The notes beneath the pieces are model-generated. The model had not been told where the DNA came from, made no database searches, and saw only the letters and a program-made list of their open reading frames with translations. This document shows, piece by piece, positions 59,671-64,000 of a stretch of 64,000 nucleotides of DNA; the stretch's first letter is position 1; each line of letters opens with the position of its first letter. The stretch is from Prorocentrum cordatum (taxonomy: Eukaryota). The DNA lies in NCBI GenBank assembly GCA_963575745.1, contig CAUYUJ010000104.1, positions 1-64,000 of the forward strand. Direction: 5' to 3'. The position numbers were made by a program, and so were the translations under genes.

Positions 59671-61854
59671 GCGGCGCTCGAGGGGGGGAGGAAGGGGAGG
59701 AGGAGGAGGAGGAGGAGGAAGACGAGGAGGAGAATAAGGAGGACGGGGGTGCGGGAGGGGGACGGGGAGGAGGAGCAGGAGGAGGCGTGCGAGGAGGTGG
59801 AATATGAGTAGCTGTTGTTATTCACCCCCAAAAAAAGAGAAGGCGAACAATATATTGTGTCTTTGTTTCGGGGGGACGGGGCGGGGGGGCGAACAAGAAA
59901 CGACCGTGTCTCTTCTGAGGAAAAAAAACGGAAAGGAAAAGGAGGAGGAAGGAAGGAGAGAAGGAGGAAGAGGATGGATAGGAGGACGCCACAGGAACAC
60001 GCAGAACATCCAAAGACGCACGCGCGAATTCAGTTTAAAATTCTCGCGCGCGCGCGCCCTCGACCCGGAGGTGCACCACCTTCCCCCATTTTCGAACGGG
60101 AGAGGTAGGGGACGCGACGGGTCCGCACGCACCGCTCGTACGACGCAACGGAAGGAAGACAACCTGCCACCCAATTTGCAGCAACGACTGCGGCTCCCTC
60201 TGCGACCCGATCGGCGCACTCCCCTCATCGTCGATGCATCTTGGCTTCGGTCTCCTCCTCTTGCGCCTCCTCCGCTTCCTCCTCCTCCCTCTTCCTCCTC
60301 CTGCTCCCCCTTGTCCTTGTCCTCTTCCCTCCCCCCTGGGGAAACCAAAAGGCACCGATACCGCTACCCCCTGGACCTCTCCCAGGGTGCGTCCTTACCA
60401 AAATTTCGAGGCGAATCCAGCGGTGGCGACGAGGGCCTCCCAGGAGGCCCGGAGAAGGGAAAACGGGCGAAAGGTAGAACTACGTATGGGTACCTGTTCC
60501 CTCCTCTGATGTCGTGGTTTCTTCACAACGCGATCCCATACATCCGAAGTCGTGATTTATTCTAATGTATTCCATATGCACGGGGTCCCCATAGGTCTCG
60601 ACCCCTTCCCCAGGACCGATTATTCATCCTGCGGCGTGTTTTGACGGTCCTGGGGCCAGGTGAGGGCCCCGAGAGGCGAAAAACGACAAGAAACCTGTCC
60701 CTGTTCTTAATTACCATCCCCCCGCCCATCCCCTCGACGCTCCTCGCTGGCAGCCCCAGGCAGCGCGCAAAGTATCCCCCCGCCTCCTCCGGCGGCATAA
60801 TGAGAGGCATCGTGCACTCGCCGGCGAAGAGGGAGCACGTGCTCCCGGGGCGCTCGTCCTCGGCGGCTCTCCCAGGTGGGGCCACGAGGGATGGGAGGAG
60901 AAGGAGGAGGACGAGGAGGAGGAAGAGGGCGGAGGAGAGAGGACGAGAAGGAGGAGGAGGAGGAGCACGAGGAGGAGGAGGAGCAGGAGGAGGAGGAGGA
61001 GTAAGAGGAGGAGAAGGAGAAGGAGGAGAGAGAGGGGAGGGGGAGGAGGAGGAGGAGGTGGAGGAGAACGAGAGGGAGGAGGAGGAGGCGGAGGAGGAGG
61101 AGGACGAGTAGGAAAACGAGGGGTGGCGGAGGAGGAGGAGGGAAGAGAGGAAAGGAGGAGGAGGGGAGGGGAGGAGGAGGAGGAGGAGGGGGAGGAGGAG
61201 ACGGAGGAAGGGGAGGGGGAGGAGATGGAGGAGGAGGAGGAGGAGGAGGAGGAGGAGGAGGAGGAGGAGGAAGAGGAGGGGGAGGATGAGAAGGAGGGGG
61301 AGGAGGAGGAGGAGGAGAAGGGGGAGGAGAAGGACGAGGTGGAGGACGAGGAGGAGGCTTACCATTCACGGTCGAGCAGCGTCGGCCTTGGACCAGGACG
61401 CTGGCCGAGCTCGCCGTGGAGCCGCGGCCCTCAGGACGTGAGAATATCACTGCACCGACCCGACCTTGCAGACGTGCTGCAGCAAAGTGTGTGGATCTCT
61501 GCCGATGCAAGACCCCGAAACAGCGAGCGAAAGACAAAATGAATGACACGTGGATTTGTTTTGTAGTCTGCATTCCTGGCAACATAAAACCCGCACGCAA
61601 TTCCCCAGGAGTACCACCATGAAGAACAGAAAAGGATCCAAAAGGTACGGATACCGTATACGGCTACTCCCAGGACCTCTCCCGGGGTGCGTCCTGACCA
61701 GGATATTTCGAGGCGAATTCAGCGGTGGCGACGAGGGCCTCCCAGGAGGCCCCAAGAGGGGAAAGCAAGGGCAGGGTAGAGGTATGGATGCGTCTTCCTC
61801 CCCTGGCTTTGAGGCACCTCGCCCTCAGGACCCCATCCCCCAGGGCCCGTGTCT

Positions 61855-63089
61855 TTGACCCGCAGACGTCCGTGGCGCTCGTCGTGGAAACAGAGCCGTT
61901 GGAGCTGTTGCGGAGAGGCGACTCCGCGCAGAAGCTCTCCTCCGTGACGCTCGTCAGGAAGGGCATCGCGCCGGCGAAGGGCGTGACGGAGCTCCTGGAG
62001 CCCGGGGACCTCTGCCAGGGCGGGGTGGCCTTGGGGAGCATCTTCGGGATCTCCATGTTGGGTGCGCTGCCGAAGTCGATCAGCACAACTCTCTCCTGCT
62101 CGGGAAGAGATGAGGACCCACTGTGGATGCCGTGACGCTGGGCATTCTAACAGTCCTGGCAATGCATAACACTGTCTCTTGCACGTGTTTTAAATGCTTT
62201 AGCAATGTGTCAGCATGGTTTGAACATGTCTGAACATGTTTCAAGCATGTTCTGAGCATGATTTGAGGTTCTGCGCGTGTGCCTTGACAACGCGCCTCCT
62301 CTACATTGATCGTCTTCTACCAAGTGGAAAAGGAAAGAGGCAGAGAGGAAGGAAGGGGGAGAGAAAGAGAGAGAGAGAGAGATAGAGCAACAGACATGTA
62401 TTGAACATGCGGACAAGTAAGGCACACAAGCGATAGTACATGAACGCTTGGGGGGGCAGATACTTGTTCATGTCATGTGATGACACTCTCGTGCACTTCG
62501 CGTGCGAATCGTTTCTAGCGAACACTTGTCCTTGAGAAGCCCAAATGTTGAACGGATGTACGTGTTCGCACTTGCAGCAAGAATTGAAGAAGTAGCAGGG
62601 ACGCGGACTGAACAGAGTAATCCAGACAGGAAGCCGATGCCATGGCAATCATGCGCGAATCAACACAGCACAACCCATTGTAAGAAAGACTTCGAACGTG
62701 CAAGGCTGGACAAGACAACGCAAAACAAAACAACGCATGGACTAGTACGGGCACCCACTGCTGCCGTTCCTGCTCCTGCTGCTCCTGCGCGTCCACCTTC
62801 TGGCCCCCCGTTCGCTCATCCACTTCTCTTCCAAATCTCCTTGTGATCGTGCGTTCTCGCCAATTTCCTTGTCAAATGTTCTCACGCCGCGCTGTGTCGT
62901 TTCTGCTTTGCTCATCTGCCCGTTCCTTATCTACTACAACTGACTTCTCCTGCTGACCCGCTAGTGCTGCTCATCCTTCGTGATTCCCACACGGATTTCC
63001 GGATTTCCCCCCTCAGCGACCCTCTCCTGCTCAGGCGTGGTGCCCTCGTCGATGATGACGTTCCTGGAGTGGAGGTCGCGATGGTAGAC
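61855..63089 (-). CDS. Protein kinase, two consecutive exons (catalytic loop and DFG/activation segment); other exons not resolved
   Basis: Exon 63089-63027 (cag|VYHRDLHSRNVIIDEGTTPEQ|GA) joins in frame to exon 62095-~61855 (cag|ERVVLIDFGSAPNMEIPK..TDVCGSK). Confidence 0.8.
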
Positions 63090-63474
63090 CTGACACGTCG
63101 TGGTGAACATACTCATCCCCAACAAACACGCTCGAACGATCTGCGGGCGGATGCTGAAAACTCTCAGTGCTGCAGCATGCCGAGCTGGATCATACGTACT
63201 TGGAGTGATAGGGTTCGCTCGCGCAACTTGTTTGGAATTTCGGAGGCGTGTGGCCGAGCTCAGAACTGGTCACGTGCTGTCGTGTTCATTCCAACTTCCT
63301 CTGGCGGCGCGCAGAGGAGGGTAGGGAAAGGGGGGAAGGCTTCTTAGAAGGAGGCTGCTCCTTAGAAGGCGCCGGCCTTGCATCTACAGACGAGGCCCGC
63401 GCCTTCTAGGAAAGGGGTGCTTCTAAGAATCACCTCCCCCCCTCCCCCTACACCCCTTTGCGCGTGGCTGCTCC

Positions 63475-63650
63475 TATAACCGTAAACTTTTGGCGCTCCG
63501 CGCGGATGTTTGGGATCTGGCCTGGAGGCCCCTCCCTGGCGCGCGGAGCGCGCCAGGGGCGGCGCCGAAGGCGCAGCCGGGGGGAGCCCAGCGCGGCTCC
63601 AAGAAACCCGCGCGGATCGCCAAACGGTTGCTGATGGCGTTGTTTCTTCT
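63475..63650 (+). mobile_element. MITE-like family B, copy 5
   Basis: aaacttttggcgctccgcgcggat..cctggcgcgcggagcgcgccagg..caagaaacccgcgcggatcgccaaa. Confidence 0.75.
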
Positions 63651-63754
63651 TCGCCCTAACCCGCCCCTGCCACTGCAACAAATCCGTACCTTCCTGGGCA
63701 GGTTGGGTCTACCGGGCCCCTGTCGGCGAACAATGGGCGATTGGGGGTCGATGC

Positions 63755-63900
63755 ATCCCCCCTATGCCGATCCCCCCCCTATCGTTGCCCCCCCTTTCCC
63801 CCCCTATGCCTAATCCCCCCTATGCCTATCCCCCCCTATCCCCCCCTATGCCTATGCCTATCCCCCCCTATGCCTATCCCCCCTATCGTTGCCCCCGACT
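63755..63900. repeat. (cccccctatgcctat)-like minisatellite
   Basis: Directly visible imperfect tandem units. Confidence 0.8.
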
Positions 63901-63987
63901 ACCCCCCCCCCCTGCGCGTGGCTGATCCCGCTCCTTCTCGCGGCGCTGCTCCTGAGCGGGAGAGCGCGAGGTCGCGGCGCAATAGAG

Positions 63988-64000
63988 TTAGGTCGGGCAT
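63988..64000 (+). mobile_element. Left end of MITE-like family A, copy 8 (cut by the window edge)
   Basis: ttaggtcgggcat matches the family A left TIR exactly. Confidence 0.6.

Noticed and set aside
60700..61440. Downstream exons of the 62-63 kb kinase
   Set aside because: Segments at ~61360-61430 and ~60700-60870 look coding, but no clear APE or DxWSxG motif and no unique frame could be assigned.

Overview
GC-rich eukaryotic DNA, very probably from a dinoflagellate (Prorocentrum-like). The evidence is relics of the dinoflagellate spliced leader (DinoSL, ...TAGCCATTTTGGCTCAAG), GC/GA splice donors, all recognisable host exons on one strand (minus), and abundant (CCT)n, (TAC)n and (AT)n microsatellites. 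Most ORFs in the six-frame track are microsatellite or GC artefacts. (1) 0.4-14.7 kb is a gene-dense block: an intronless CMC-type (CACTA/Mirage/Chapaev/Plavaka-like) DDE transposase plus two co-oriented multi-exon genes of unknown function, possibly one large cargo-carrying DNA transposon. (2) There are three LINE retrotransposons: a near-intact Zn-finger ORF1 + APE-RT-RNase H element at 27.7-33.9 kb (+) and two decayed copies (-). Each begins with a DinoSL relic (clear in two, degenerate in the third) next to a (CCT)n tract, suggesting SL-trans-spliced, microsatellite-associated retroelements. (3) Scattered minus-strand host exons encode a J-domain protein and protein-kinase fragments. (4) At least five short dispersed repeat/MITE families are present, and the copies of each family all point the same way. 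(5) A 5.9 kb (TAC)n array is punctuated by six copies of a conserved 42-nt island. Exon boundaries and element ends were read by eye and are approximate.
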